Assembly: GCA_963737525.1 (NCBI GenBank)
Contig: CAVTTD010000016.1
Coordinates: 4,209 to 68,208 of the forward strand
Source of the DNA: an uncultured Actinomycetota bacterium
Lineage (GTDB): Bacteria > Actinomycetota > UBA4738 > HRBIN12
Reading direction: 5' to 3'
DNA length: 64,000 nt
The position numbers and the translations under genes were made by a program. Under the pieces are notes generated by a model that did not search any database, was not told where the DNA came from, and worked only from the letters and a program-made list of their open reading frames with translations. This document shows, piece by piece, positions 49,651-60,017 of the stretch. Each line of letters opens with the position of its first letter. Position 1 is the first letter of the stretch.

Positions 49651-51335
49651 CGCTCTGGTTCGCGACCGAAGGGTTCACCGAGGACCAGCGCGAGGTCCTC
49701 GCGCGACATTTCACCGATCTGGACGGCCCCGTGTTCGCGCTGGTGAACCTGCCGGAGGTCGTGAAGGGAGCCTTGTTCGCCCGCTACTCGCGCACGACCA
49801 AGTCGCTGCGCCGCCTGTTCCTCGATGAGTTCGCCGAGGACGTCGACGAGGGCGGGGAGATGACGAGCGTCGGGGTCGATCGCGCGGAGAAGCTCTACGA
49901 CCGGGTCTTCCTCGAGTACGGCGACGATTCCGTCGCGCAGCTCGGAGGCGTCCACCTCGCGTGCGAGCAGGCGTCGCAGCTGCTGGCGAAGGCCCTCGAA
50001 TGGGGGCGGCTGGCCGCGTACCTCGAACAGTCGACGCGGTACATGCGCTACGACGACATGCCCGGCGGACGATGGCGCGCGACCGTCCCGCCGGAGCTTC
50101 AGGAGCACCGGGCTGGAGACCCGCTACCGCGAGTACCTCGACGAGGTCTTCGGCCTCTACGGCGAGATGTTCGAGCCGATGTATGCCTGGTACGAGCGGC
50201 GGTTCCCCCAAGAGGCCAACGACTCGGACTTCGTCTACCGCTCGACGATCACGGCGAAGACGTGCGACACACTGCGCGTGTGCCTGCCGGCCGCGACCCG
50301 GTCCAACGTCGGCGTCTACGCGACCGCGCAGTCCTACGAGCAGCTGTTGATGCGGTTGTCCGTGCACCCGTCGGCGGAGATGCGCGAATACGGCGTCCTG
50401 ATGCTCGAGCAGCTCCGCAAGGTGATCCCGGCGTTCCTGAAGCGAGTGGACGTCGAGGATCGAGGGGTCGCCTGGGCGCGGTACTGGCGAGGAACGCGGA
50501 GGGCGTCGAGGAGCTGGCGGCGAAGCTCGCCGGCGAGGCGACGCCCGAACCGCGGGACGAGGTCACGCTCGTCGACTACGACCCCGAGGGCGAGGTGAAG
50601 GTCGCGGCGGCGGTCCTGTACGCGAGCACCGATCTGCCGGACGACCAGCTCCTCCGGCTCGTCCGCGACATGTCGCCGGACGAGCGCGAGGAGCTGCTCC
50701 GCGCGAGCGTCGGGGATCGTTCCAACCGCCGGCACAAGCCGGGCCGGGCGTGGGAGCGCACCCAGTACCGGTTCGACGTGCTCTGCGACTACGGGGCGTT
50801 CCGGGACCTCCAGCGCCACCGCCCCCTGACGATCGAATGGCAGCGCCTGACCAGCGAGCACGGGCACGAGACGCCGGCCCAGATCGACGAGGCGGGACAG
50901 CGCGATCGATGGGATCGCGTGATGGATGCCGGGCGAGCGATGGAGCGCACGCTCCTCGACGCGGGGTTCGAGGACGCCGCCCAGTACGCGGTGCCGATGG
51001 CGTTCCGGATCCGCTTCGTGATGCAGATGACGGCGCGCGAGGCGATGCACCTGACGGAGCTCCGGTCACAACCGCAGGGACACCCGACGTACCGTCGCGT
51101 GGCGCAAGCGATGCATCGGCTGATCTCCGAGGTGCACCCCTCGATCGGAGGAGCGTTCGGCTACATGAGCTACGAGGACGTGGATCTGGAACGACTCGAA
51201 GCCGAGCGTCGAACGGAGGCGAAACGACAGGCCGGCACCACGAGACTGAGCCGGTCGATGGCGTTGCGGGTTCCGGTAACCTTCCGGCCCTCATGGTCCG
51301 GGAAACCGCTCTCCTGCTGGCGCTGGGCATGCTGA
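49647..51335 (+). pseudogene. Large (about 560 aa) ThyX-superfamily (FAD-dependent thymidylate-synthase-like) protein, at least two frame disruptions
   Basis: GTG at 49647 overlaps the pknB stop. N-half FALVNLPEVVKGALFARYSRT. C-half YRFDVLCDYGAFRDLQRHRPLT...FRIRFVMQMTAREAMHLTELRSQPQGHPTYRRVAQAM is ThyX-fold-like. Switches at about 50112 and about 50484. The 3' end is uncertain. Confidence 0.65.
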
Positions 51336-51442
51336 TCGCCTCTTCGCTCGCGGTCGGCGTCAGCGGTTGGTTGCTCCTGATCCGAGACCGCCGCCTGGCG
51401 CGGGCGATCCATCATCGCGCCGACGCGACCGAAGGGTCCTGA
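51293..51442 (+). CDS. Hypothetical 49-aa single-TM peptide (could instead be the true C-terminus of the preceding gene)
   Basis: MVRETALLLALGMLIASSLAVGVSGWLLLIRDRR.... Good G/C third-position bias. Overlaps the ThyX-like ORF tail by 43 nt. Confidence 0.3.
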   Translation: MVRETALLLALGMLIASSLAVGVSGWLLLIRDRRLARAIHHRADATEGS

Positions 51443-51443
51443 C

Positions 51444-52721
51444 GTGCTCGAGCTCCTGGACCTGCGCGAGCGGGGGGAGCGGCTCGAGGCCATCAGGCCC
51501 GAGATCGACCCCACCGTGTTCGAGACGGTGCAGCGGATCCTGCAACGCGTCTTCGTCGAGGGCGACGAGGTCCTGGTCGAGCTTGCGCAACGCTTCGACG
51601 ATGCCGACCTCTCGGAGACCGGCCTACTGGTTCGCCGCGAGGAGTTCGCGGTGGCCGAGCACGAGACGCCCGACGACCTGAAGCGGGCGATCGACTCGCT
51701 GATCGAGCGGATGCGCGACCTGCACGCCCGCCAGCTGCCGACCGAGTGGTGGGAGGAGCGTGACGGCGTTCGGTTCGGGGAGATCGTTCGGCCCATCCGG
51801 GCCGTCGGGTGCTACGTGCCCGGCGGACGCGCCGTCTACCCCTCCTCGGTCTGCATGACCGTCGTCCCCGCCGTGGTCGCCGGCGTGCCGGAGATCGTGC
51901 TCTGCACGCCGCCGCGTGCCGACGGCTCGATCCATCCGGCGGTCCTGTACGCGGCGAAGCGGGCGGGAACGACCTACGTCGCGAAGACCGGTGGCGCGCA
52001 GGCGATCGCGGCGATGGCCTACGGGACCGAATCGATCCCGCAGGTCGACCGGATCGTCGGACCAGGCAACGCCTACGTGACGGAGGCGAAGCGACAGCTC
52101 TGCGGGATGGTGGGGATCGACGCGCTCGCCGGCCCGAGCGAGCTGGCGATCGTCACCGACGGCGACGTCGATCCGGAGCTCGTATCGCTCGATCTCATCG
52201 CGCAGGCGGAGCACGACCCGAAGGCGCGGACGTACCTGATCACGACGGACGAGCCCGTGATCGCGAAGGTCGGCTCGGCCCTCGAGCAGGCCGTCGCGCA
52301 AGCGGGCCGTCGCGAGATCGTCGACGCCGCCCTGGCGGGATCGCGTGGCGTCCTCGTTCGCGACCTCGCACACGCCGCGGAGATCGTGGACGAGCTCGCG
52401 CCCGAGCACCTGCTGGTGCTGCTGGCCGACCCCGAGGCGTTCCTGGAGACGGTCTCGATCGCGGGCGCGATCTTCCTCGGTGAATGGAGCGCGGTTCCTT
52501 TCGGCGACTACGGCGTCGCCTCGAACCACGTCCTGCCGACATCGGGCACGGCACGTTTCTCCTCCGGGTTGCGCGCCTCGGACTACGTGACGGTGCGATC
52601 GGTCGTTCGGATGACGGGGGAGGCCGCCGCGCGCCACGCCGGCTCCGCCGCGACGATCGCGAACGCGGAAGGACTGGTCGGCCACGCGAAGGCGGTGGAG
52701 GCCAGGAGGGACAGGGCGTGA
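51444..52721 (+). CDS. hisD: Histidinol dehydrogenase
   Basis: 425 aa. HisD-like sequence (GGAQAIAAMAYGT, IDALAGPSELAIV, AQAEHD). GTG start. Confidence 0.93.
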   Translation: MLELLDLRERGERLEAIRPEIDPTVFETVQRILQRVFVEGDEVLVELAQRFDDADLSETGLLVRREEFAVAEHETPDDLKRAIDSLIERMRDLHARQLPTEWWEERDGVRFGEIVRPIRAVGCYVPGGRAVYPSSVCMTVVPAVVAGVPEIVLCTPPRADGSIHPAVLYAAKRAGTTYVAKTGGAQAIAAMAYGTESIPQVDRIVGPGNAYVTEAKRQLCGMVGIDALAGPSELAIVTDGDVDPELVSLDLIAQAEHDPKARTYLITTDEPVIAKVGSALEQAVAQAGRREIVDAALAGSRGVLVRDLAHAAEIVDELAPEHLLVLLADPEAFLETVSIAGAIFLGEWSAVPFGDYGVASNHVLPTSGTARFSSGLRASDYVTVRSVVRMTGEAAARHAGSAATIANAEGLVGHAKAVEARRDRA

Positions 52722-53773
52722 ACACCCCCGCCAGCCCCCGGCCCGGCCTCCGCGAGGTCGGGCCGTACGACTCTCCGCAGCTCGAGGTCGCCGCTCGGCT
52801 GAACACGAACGAGTGCCCCGTGCCGCTCCCCGTCGGGTTCTCGGACGATCTCGCCGCCGCCGTTCGCGAGCTGCCGCTGAACCGCTATCCGGACGGACAG
52901 ATGCGCGCTCTCCGCGAAGCCCTCGCCGCGCGCACCGGGCACGCGGTCGACGGGGTGTGGACCGCGAACGGCTCGAACGAGATCCTCACGCAGCTCCTGA
53001 TGGCGTACGGCGGTGCCGGCCGGCACGCGGCTCTCTTCGAGCCGACCTACCTGCTCCATCGGCGGCTCTGCTGGCTCACACAGACGGAGATCGTCGAACG
53101 TCGCCTGGATCCGCCCTTCGAGATCGACGACGGTGCCGTCGCGTGGGCGGCCGGCTCGGGCGCCGACGTGACGTTCGTCTGCTCGCCGAACAATCCGACC
53201 GGCAACATCCAGCCGCTCGGCGCGATCCGGAAGCTCGCCGCGGCATCGGACGGGCTCGTGATCGTCGACGAGGCGTACGTGGAGTTCGGTGGTGAGACCG
53301 CGTTGCCGCTCGTCACCGAGCACCCCAACGTCGCCGTGGTGCGGACGTTCTCGAAGGCGTTCGCGCTCGCCGGCGCCCGGATCGGGTACGCGCTGACGTC
53401 TCCCGACGTCGTGGACGATCTCCAGCGCGTCCGACTCCCCTACCACCTGAGCGCCCTCACCCAGGCTGCCGGCATCACGGCACTCCGGCACGAGGACGAG
53501 GCAGCCGCCGGCCTCGACGCGATCCGGGCCGAGCGGGACCGGATCGTCCGGGTGCTCTCCGAGATCGACGGGACGACCGTGTTCCCCTCACAGGCGAACT
53601 TCGTCCTGTTCCAACCGCCCGGGGATGCGAAGGAGCTCTGGCAAGGCCTGCTGGACCGCGGCGTGTTGGTCCGCGACCTGACGGACGTCGTGCCGAACGG
53701 GCTCCGGGTCACGGCCGGGACGCCGCACGAGGTCGACCTGTTCCTGAAGGCCCTCGAGGAGGTGCTGCGGTAA
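52718..53773 (+). CDS. hisC: Histidinol-phosphate aminotransferase
   Basis: LNTNECPVPLP...RYPD...NGSNEIL...CSPNNPTG...TFSKAFALAGARIGY. GTG overlaps the hisD stop. Confidence 0.92.
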   Translation: MNTPASPRPGLREVGPYDSPQLEVAARLNTNECPVPLPVGFSDDLAAAVRELPLNRYPDGQMRALREALAARTGHAVDGVWTANGSNEILTQLLMAYGGAGRHAALFEPTYLLHRRLCWLTQTEIVERRLDPPFEIDDGAVAWAAGSGADVTFVCSPNNPTGNIQPLGAIRKLAAASDGLVIVDEAYVEFGGETALPLVTEHPNVAVVRTFSKAFALAGARIGYALTSPDVVDDLQRVRLPYHLSALTQAAGITALRHEDEAAAGLDAIRAERDRIVRVLSEIDGTTVFPSQANFVLFQPPGDAKELWQGLLDRGVLVRDLTDVVPNGLRVTAGTPHEVDLFLKALEEVLR

Positions 53774-53775
53774 CG

Positions 53776-54360
53776 ATGGCGCGATCGGCGAAGGTTTCGC
53801 GCACCACGAAGGAAACCGACGTCTCGGTCGAACTGACCCTCGATGGGCGGGGGACCTCCGAAGCGGACACCGGTCTGCCGTTCTTCGATCACATGCTCCA
53901 GCAGCTCGGCAAGCACGCCGGCTGGGACCTCTCCGTCACGAGCAAGGGCGACCTCGACGTGGACGGGCATCACACCGTCGAGGACGTCGGGCTGGCGCTC
54001 GGGCAAGCGCTGGCGGAGGCGTTGGGCGACAAGGCGGGGATCCGTCGGTTCGCCTCGATCACGGTGCCGCTGGACGAAGCGGCGGTCGAGGTCGCGCTGG
54101 ACCTCTCGGGAAGGAACTTCGTGCTCCACGAGGTCGACGTGCCGGCCGAGACGATCGGGACGTTCGACACGGGGCTGGTCGAGGACTTCGTACGCGCGTT
54201 CGCGCAGGCGGCCGATCTCACGGTGCACGTCCGCCTGCGATCCGGCCGATCCCCGCACCATGTCGTCGAGGCGGAGTTCAAGGCGCTCGCCAAGGCGCTC
54301 GGCGACGCCTGCGCGCCGACCGGGCGCGACGACGTCCCGAGCACGAAGGGAACGCTGTAG
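53776..54360 (+). CDS. hisB: Imidazoleglycerol-phosphate dehydratase
   Basis: 194 aa. RTTKETDVSVELTLDG...FFDHML...HHTVED...HH..EA.FKA. Confidence 0.93.
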   Translation: MARSAKVSRTTKETDVSVELTLDGRGTSEADTGLPFFDHMLQQLGKHAGWDLSVTSKGDLDVDGHHTVEDVGLALGQALAEALGDKAGIRRFASITVPLDEAAVEVALDLSGRNFVLHEVDVPAETIGTFDTGLVEDFVRAFAQAADLTVHVRLRSGRSPHHVVEAEFKALAKALGDACAPTGRDDVPSTKGTL

Positions 54361-54365
54361 GGACC

Positions 54366-54974
54366 GTGGCCGAGATCGCCGTGCTCGACTACGGCAGCGG
54401 GAACCTCCACTCGGTGTCCCGCGCGCTCGCGCACGCCGGCGGGGAACCGATCGTGACGGGCGATCCGGAACGCGTGGCGGCGGCGGACGCGCTCGTGATC
54501 CCGGGGGTCGGCCACTTCGGGCACTGCGTCCGCGCGATCCGCGCGAAGGGTCTCGATCGAGCGATCGCCGGCGTGGTCGGAACCGGCAGACCGGTGTTCG
54601 GGGTCTGTGTCGGCATGCAGGTGCTGTTCGAGGGGAGCGAGGAGGATCCGGAGGTGGGACTCGGGATCCTTCCGGGCACGTCCCGCCGGCTCCCGAACGA
54701 CGTCAGGGTGCCGCACATCGGATGGAACGACGTCGCCTGGCAACACGCTCACCCGAACGTGGACGGCATCCCCGACGGCACGCGGTTCTACTTCGTGCAC
54801 TCGTTCGCGCCGGATGCCGATGGAGACACCGTGGGCATCACCGAGCACGGCCGGCGGTTCGCCTCGGTCGTGTCGCGGGACAACGTGTTCGCGACGCAGT
54901 TCCACCCAGAGAAGTCGGGCGAGGCCGGCCTCGCGATCTACGCCAACTTCGTGAAGGGGGTTCCGAGGACGTGA
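54366..54974 (+). CDS. hisH: Imidazole glycerol phosphate synthase, glutamine amidotransferase subunit
   Basis: 202 aa. DYGSGNLHSV, GVGHFG, GVCVGMQ (catalytic Cys), QFHPEKS. Confidence 0.93.
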   Translation: MAEIAVLDYGSGNLHSVSRALAHAGGEPIVTGDPERVAAADALVIPGVGHFGHCVRAIRAKGLDRAIAGVVGTGRPVFGVCVGMQVLFEGSEEDPEVGLGILPGTSRRLPNDVRVPHIGWNDVAWQHAHPNVDGIPDGTRFYFVHSFAPDADGDTVGITEHGRRFASVVSRDNVFATQFHPEKSGEAGLAIYANFVKGVPRT

Positions 54975-54978
54975 AGAC

Positions 54979-55680
54979 GTGATCGTGATCCCGGCGGTCG
55001 ATCTCCGAGGTGGCCGGGCCGTCCGCCTCCGGCGCGGTGATCCGAGCGAGGAGACCGCCTACGCGAACGATCCGGTCGAGGTCGCGGAGCGGTTCCAGGA
55101 GCAGGGTGCCCGCAGGCTCCACGTGATCGACCTCGACGCCGCGCTCGGAGAAGGCGACAACCGTGAGGCGATCACCTCCATCTGCCGCGCCGTCGTCATC
55201 CCCGTCCAGGTCGGCGGGGGTATCCGTTCGCTCGAGGCGGCGGCCGCCGTGTTCGAAGCGGGCGCGGCACGAGCGATCCTCGGCACGGCGGCCGCCGCCG
55301 ACGCCTCGTTCGTGGCGCGGGCGGTGGAGGAGTTCGCCGAGCGCGTGGTGGTCGCGGTGGACGTCCGCGGCGGCCACCTGATGATCGACGGCTGGCGCGA
55401 GGAAGGACCCGCGCTCGAGGCCGCGATCGCCGGACTGGACGAGGCCGGCGCGCCGCGCTACCTCGTCACGGCGATCGCTCGCGACGGGACCCTCGACGGC
55501 CCCGACCTCACCCTCTACCGGCAGGTGCTGAAGCTCACCGATCGCCCGGTGATCGCGGCGGGCGGCGTGCGGAACGCCGAGGACGTGTGGGCGCTCCGCG
55601 ACGTCGGCTGCGAGGCGGCGGTCGCCGGCAAGGCGCTCTACGAGAAGACGCTGAAGTTGTCGCAGGTGACGAGGGGGTGA
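54979..55680 (+). CDS. hisA: ProFAR isomerase (HisA; possibly bifunctional PriA type, which cannot be decided by eye)
   Basis: 233 aa. [36 protein letters not shown]. Confidence 0.9.
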   Translation: MIVIPAVDLRGGRAVRLRRGDPSEETAYANDPVEVAERFQEQGARRLHVIDLDAALGEGDNREAITSICRAVVIPVQVGGGIRSLEAAAAVFEAGAARAILGTAAAADASFVARAVEEFAERVVVAVDVRGGHLMIDGWREEGPALEAAIAGLDEAGAPRYLVTAIARDGTLDGPDLTLYRQVLKLTDRPVIAAGGVRNAEDVWALRDVGCEAAVAGKALYEKTLKLSQVTRG

Positions 55681-55687
55681 CGCGCCG

Positions 55688-56452
55688 GTGCTCGCAAAGC
55701 GGGTGATCCCGTGCCTCGACGTCGACGCGGGCCGGGTCGTGAAGGGCGTGCGGTTCCAAGAGCTGCGCGATGCGGGCGATCCCGTGGAGCTGGCCGAGTA
55801 CTACGACCGGGAGGGCGCCGACGAGCTGGTCTTCCTCGACATCACCGCGACGCTCGAGGATCGCGCGGCGACACTCGACGTCGTTTCCCGCACGGCGGAG
55901 GAGGTCTTCATCCCGCTCACCGTCGGGGGTGGGGTCCGGCACGAGGACGACGTCCAGGCGCTGTTGCGGGCCGGCGCCGACAAGGTGAGCGTGAACAGCG
56001 CCGCGGTACGAGACCCGTCGCTGCTCGCCCGCTCCGCCGACCGGTTCGGCACGCAGTGCATGGTGATCGCGATCGACGCGAAGCGCCGCGACGCCGGCTG
56101 GGAGGTCTACGTCGACGCGGGACACACCGCGACCGGCCGCGACGCGATCGAGTGGGCCGCGGAAGCGACGGCCGAGCACGGTGCCGGCGAGGTGCTGCTG
56201 ACGTCGATGGACCGCGACGGCACCGGCGAGGGCTACGACCTCGAGCTGTTGCGAGCGGTCGCCGGTGCCGTCGCGGTGCCGGTGATCGCGTCCGGCGGCG
56301 CCGGCGAGCCGGCGCACTTCGCGGACGCGCTCACCGACGGACACGCGGACGCGGTGCTGGCGGCGTCCCGGTGGCACGACGGCGATCTCACGATCCGCGA
56401 GGTCAAGGAGCACCTCGCGGCTCGCGGGATCCCGGTGAGGCTGTCCCGGTGA
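55688..56452 (+). CDS. hisF: Imidazole glycerol phosphate synthase, cyclase subunit
   Basis: 254 aa. [39 protein letters not shown]. Confidence 0.93.
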   Translation: MLAKRVIPCLDVDAGRVVKGVRFQELRDAGDPVELAEYYDREGADELVFLDITATLEDRAATLDVVSRTAEEVFIPLTVGGGVRHEDDVQALLRAGADKVSVNSAAVRDPSLLARSADRFGTQCMVIAIDAKRRDAGWEVYVDAGHTATGRDAIEWAAEATAEHGAGEVLLTSMDRDGTGEGYDLELLRAVAGAVAVPVIASGGAGEPAHFADALTDGHADAVLAASRWHDGDLTIREVKEHLAARGIPVRLSR

Positions 56453-56464
56453 AGGGATGAGGCC

Positions 56465-56806
56465 GTGACCCCGGAGGACCATGAACAGGTCGAGCTCGAT
56501 GGATTGGTCTTCGACGACCGGGGACTGATCCCCGTGATCGTGCAGGACGCCGAGAACGGCGACGTCTTGATGTTCGCCTGGTCGAACCGTGAAGCGATCG
56601 AGCGCACGATCGATGAAGGTCGGATGGTCTATTGGAGCCGCTCGCGTCAAGAGCTCTGGCGCAAAGGCGACACGTCGGGCCACGTCCAGCACTGGGACGA
56701 GCTCCGCGTGGACTGCGACGGCGACGTGCTCCTCGCCCGTGTCCACCAGAAGGGTGCCGCCTGCCACACGGGGGCGCGTTCGTGCTTCTTCCGGCAGCTC
56801 AGCTGA
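56465..56806 (+). CDS. hisI: Phosphoribosyl-AMP cyclohydrolase (monofunctional, no HisE domain)
   Basis: 113 aa. GLIPVIVQD...MFAW.NREA...[16 protein letters not shown]...CDGD..L..V.Q.G.ACHTG..SCF. Confidence 0.92.
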   Translation: MTPEDHEQVELDGLVFDDRGLIPVIVQDAENGDVLMFAWSNREAIERTIDEGRMVYWSRSRQELWRKGDTSGHVQHWDELRVDCDGDVLLARVHQKGAACHTGARSCFFRQLS

Positions 56807-57849
56807 CGAACGACCCGGCCGGCACCTGCTGCGTGATGCAGTGCGGTCCGCCGCCGCCGTGGGAGATCCAGGCGCCCGGCACACCCACCACCTCGCGGTC
56901 CGGGTACGCCTTCGCCAACAGCTCGAGCGCCGGCTCGTCCGCCGGCAACCCGCCGACCGGCACGATCACCGCGCCGTTCGCCAGGTAGTGGTTCATGTAC
57001 GGGATCACGATCGGGCCGATCTCCGTGAAGCTCGGCCCACGAGTTCACCGGCCCCTCCAGCACCTCCAGCGGTCGACCGCGCGCGTCCTGCGTCCGCGCC
57101 AACACGCCGCGGTCCTCCTCGAACCGCTCCCCGTTGGGGTCGTCCGATCCGTCCGCGGTCGCCAGCATGACCGCCCCGGGACGCACGTACTGCGCGAGCC
57201 CGTCGACGTGCCCGTCGGTGTCGCGGTCCTCGACGAGACCGTGCGGGAGCCAGATCACCGCGTCGACGCCGAGGAACGAGCGAAGTCCCTCCTCGATCTC
57301 TTCGCGGCTCATCGACGGGATTCCGGTTCGGGTTCAGGAGGCATTGCTCCGTCGTGAGGAGCGTCCCCTCGCCGTCCACGAAGAACGACCCGCCCTCGAG
57401 CACGAACGGAGCCACGTAGCGGCGAACGCCGAATCGCGCGGCCAACGCCTCCGGCAGCGCCGCGTCGCGATCGAACGGCAGGTACTTCCCGCCCCAGGAG
57501 TTGAAGCCGAAGTGCACGAGCGCCACCTCGCCGCTCGGTCGTTCGTCACGAAGATCGGGCCGTTGTCGCGGAGCCACGAGTCGTCGATCGGCACCTCGAG
57601 CGGCTCGACGCCGGACCCACACCGGTGCCGAACGTCCTCGGCCTGCCCCGGGTCGCAGACCATCGCGACGGGCTCGAATGCAGCGACCGCTCGCGCGGTC
57701 GCGGCCCACTCGTCCTTGGCCTCGTCGAGCCGCCCGCCCCACAGGTCCTCGCGGGCCGGCCACGACATCCACGTCGCCTGGTGCGGCGAGAACTCCGCCG
57801 GCATCGCGAACCCGTCGTCGCGAGGGGTGCTGGACCCCGACGTCGTCAT
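56799..57849 (-). pseudogene. aguA: Agmatine deiminase (peptidyl-arginine-deiminase-like family), three frame disruptions
   Basis: FAMPAEFSPHQATWMSWP...DDSWLRDNGPIFV | GEVALVHFGFNSWGGKY...EGGSFFVDGEGTLLTTEQCLLNPNRNP | SMSREEIE...TDGHVD... | ...PYMNHYLANGAVIVP...GGGGPHCITQQ. Switches at about 57530, 57318 and 57033. Confidence 0.8.
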
Positions 57850-58238
57850 CGACTCACGTCCTCCCTCCCGAGCTCCGACGATGCATGTCGAAGCGCCTCG
57901 TTCTCCTGGGTGAGCGCGGTCAGCAGCTCGGCAACCTCGTCGAGGTACTCGTCCACCGACCGCATATCGTAGCCACCGACCCAAGCGCGATGGAAGCCGG
58001 CGTCCTGCACGTCGAGGGGGGTCATGCGCCGGGACGACGTCGCCGACCGAGAGTGCGGCGAGACCCCAGCTCGGAGTACCTCGTTCTCCGCGAGCAGACC
58101 ACGCACTGCCCCGATCAGCTCGAGCAGGAATGTGTCGACGTCCTCGGATCGATAGCCACCGAATCCGCGTCGACGCAGGTATCGCCCTCGGGTCTCGAGA
58201 TCCTCGACGGCCTTCTCAACGATGGAGCGCCTCTCCAT
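57846..58238 (-). CDS. DivIVA-domain protein (two DivIVA-type N-terminal motifs)
   Basis: FGGYRSEDVDTFLLELIGAV...ENEVLR and FHRAWVGGYDMRSVDEYLDEVAELL..LTQENEALR. Its stop overlaps the aguA start (ATGA). Confidence 0.7.
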   Translation of the reverse strand: MERRSIVEKAVEDLETRGRYLRRRGFGGYRSEDVDTFLLELIGAVRGLLAENEVLRAGVSPHSRSATSSRRMTPLDVQDAGFHRAWVGGYDMRSVDEYLDEVAELLTALTQENEALRHASSELGREDVSR

Positions 58239-58342
58239 TCACGTACCTCCGGGCGAGGACGGCTCGATGGTCAGATCGAGACGGCACAGACCGCATCATG
58301 CCACCCCATCCACGTACACTCCGACCCCACCGCGACCGCGAG

Positions 58343-59225
58343 GTGTTCGTGCTCAAGCTCGTCATCCCGAAGGGTTCCCTCGAGGAACAGACGCTCCGCT
58401 TGTTCGAGGCCGCCAACCTCCGCGTGCGCCGGAGCTCCGCCCGCGACTACCACGGCACCGTGGACGACGATCGCATCGAGCGCGTTTCGATCCTTCGACC
58501 ACAGGAGATCCCGCTCTACGTGCAGGACGGCTTGTTCGACATGGGGATCACCGGCCAGGACTGGATCGCCGAGACCGAGGCCGACGTCGAGGTGCTGACG
58601 ACGCTCTCCTACGCGCGCTCCGGAACGGGACACGGGACGAACGTCGTGCTCGCCGTGCCGAACGAGCATCCGGCGAACAGCGCGAAGGAGATCCCGCCCG
58701 ACACGCGGATCTCGACCGAGTTCCTCAAGCTCACCGAGCGGTACTTCGACGAGCTCGGCATCCCGGTGAAGGTCGTGTGGTCCTACGGCGCCACCGAGGC
58801 GAAGGTGCCCGAGATCGTCGACGCGATCGTGGACATCACCGAGACCGGGAACACGCTCCGCGCGCACGGGATGAAGATCATCGAGACGCTCCTCGCATCC
58901 GAGCCCGTGCTCATCGCGAATCGCGAAGCGATGCGCGATGAGACGAAGAAGGCGGCGATGGAGGACGTCCAGACCCTGCTGCTCGGCGCGCTGCGGGCCG
59001 AAGGGCCGGGTGCTGATCAAGCTCAACGTGAGCGAGGACCGGCTCCAGCCGGTCCTCGCGGTCGTCCCGTCGATGAAGGCGCCGACGGTGTCCCCGCTCT
59101 CGGAGGGCGGCTTCGCGATCGAAGCCGTCGTCGAGAAGCGGGGCGTGAACAAGCTGATCCCGGACCTGAAGGCTGCCGGCGCCACCGACATCCTCGAGAT
59201 GCCCATCTCCAAGATCGTGCCCTGA
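58343..59225 (+). pseudogene. hisG: ATP phosphoribosyltransferase, long form with C-terminal regulatory domain, one frame disruption
   Basis: LKLVIPKGSLEE...RPQEIPLYVQDGLFDMGITGQDW...DITETGNTLRAHG. Switch at about 59006 into RVLIKLNVSEDRL...GATDILEMPISKIVP. The start may be GTG 58349. Confidence 0.88.
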
Positions 59226-59260
59226 GCGGGCGGTCGCTCAGGGATAGATTGCCCGGAGCG

Positions 59261-59846
59261 ATGTTCGAAGCGCACCCGGTGACGAAGGAGCGCTGGACCG
59301 ACCTCGTCGAGTTGTTCGACCGGCCGGTGGTGCGAACGTGCTTCTGCATGTTCTACAGGAAGACCGGAACGGACACCGGGATCGGAACCGAGAACCGGCG
59401 CGCGATGAAAGCACTCGTCGCCCGTGGGACCGTGACCGGGCTCATCGGATACGAGAACGGTGTCCCGGTCGCGTGGGTCTCGCTGGGTCCTCGAGAGGAC
59501 TACCCGAAGCTCCGCCGCTCCCCCGTCATGAAGCCCGTCGATAACCAACCGGTGTGGTCGATCGTGTGCTTCTTCGTCGCCCGAAGCGTCCGGGGGAAGG
59601 GATTGGCCGAAAGGATGCTCCGGGCCGCGGTGAACCACGCGCGCTCCCAAGGTGCCCGACTCGTGGAGGCATATCCGGTGGATGCCGAGGAGCAGACGGA
59701 TCCGGATGCGATGTTCTTCGGCGCGAAGTCGATGTATGACCGCGCCGGTTTCCGCGAGGTAGCACGGCGAAAGCCCGACTCGACCGGTGGTCCGAAGAGC
59801 CCTTCGCCCTGGACGCCCAGCGTCCCTGCAGCGCAAAGAGGGTTGA
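59261..59846 (+). pseudogene. GNAT-family N-acetyltransferase, one frame disruption near the 3' end
   Basis: WSIVCFFVARSVRGKGLAERMLRAAVNHARSQGARLVEAYP...MYDRAGFREVARR. Switch at about 59771 into SPTRPVVRRAL..., with TGA at 59844-59846. The uncorrected ORF runs to 59929. Confidence 0.7.
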
Positions 59847-59962
59847 CTCCGCTGGGCTGGTTGTGGAACCATCTGCTCAGGATGTTTGAACGGCCGTTCA
59901 ACTCTGATCTCCGAGTACCCCGCTCCTAGCGGCGCGCCTCCGTCCGACCGCGGCGCGCCGAT

Positions 59963-59992
59963 CGACCTCTCGACGAGAGGTCGTTTCCTTTT
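59963..59992 (+). terminator. Rho-independent-type terminator hairpin
   Basis: Perfect 9-bp stem CGACCTCTC / GAGAGGTCG with loop GAC, followed by TTTCCTTTTCC. Lies between the GNAT gene and aceA. Confidence 0.55.
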
Positions 59993-60017
59993 CCGGGCAC
60001 GGATCGCGGAGGTTGAG

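Noticed and set aside
54979-55680. Calling hisA a bifunctional PriA (HisA/TrpF) on the basis of actinobacterial context.
   Set aside because: This cannot be decided without an alignment of the substrate-loop residues and knowledge of whether trpF is present elsewhere. It is left as HisA with a note.
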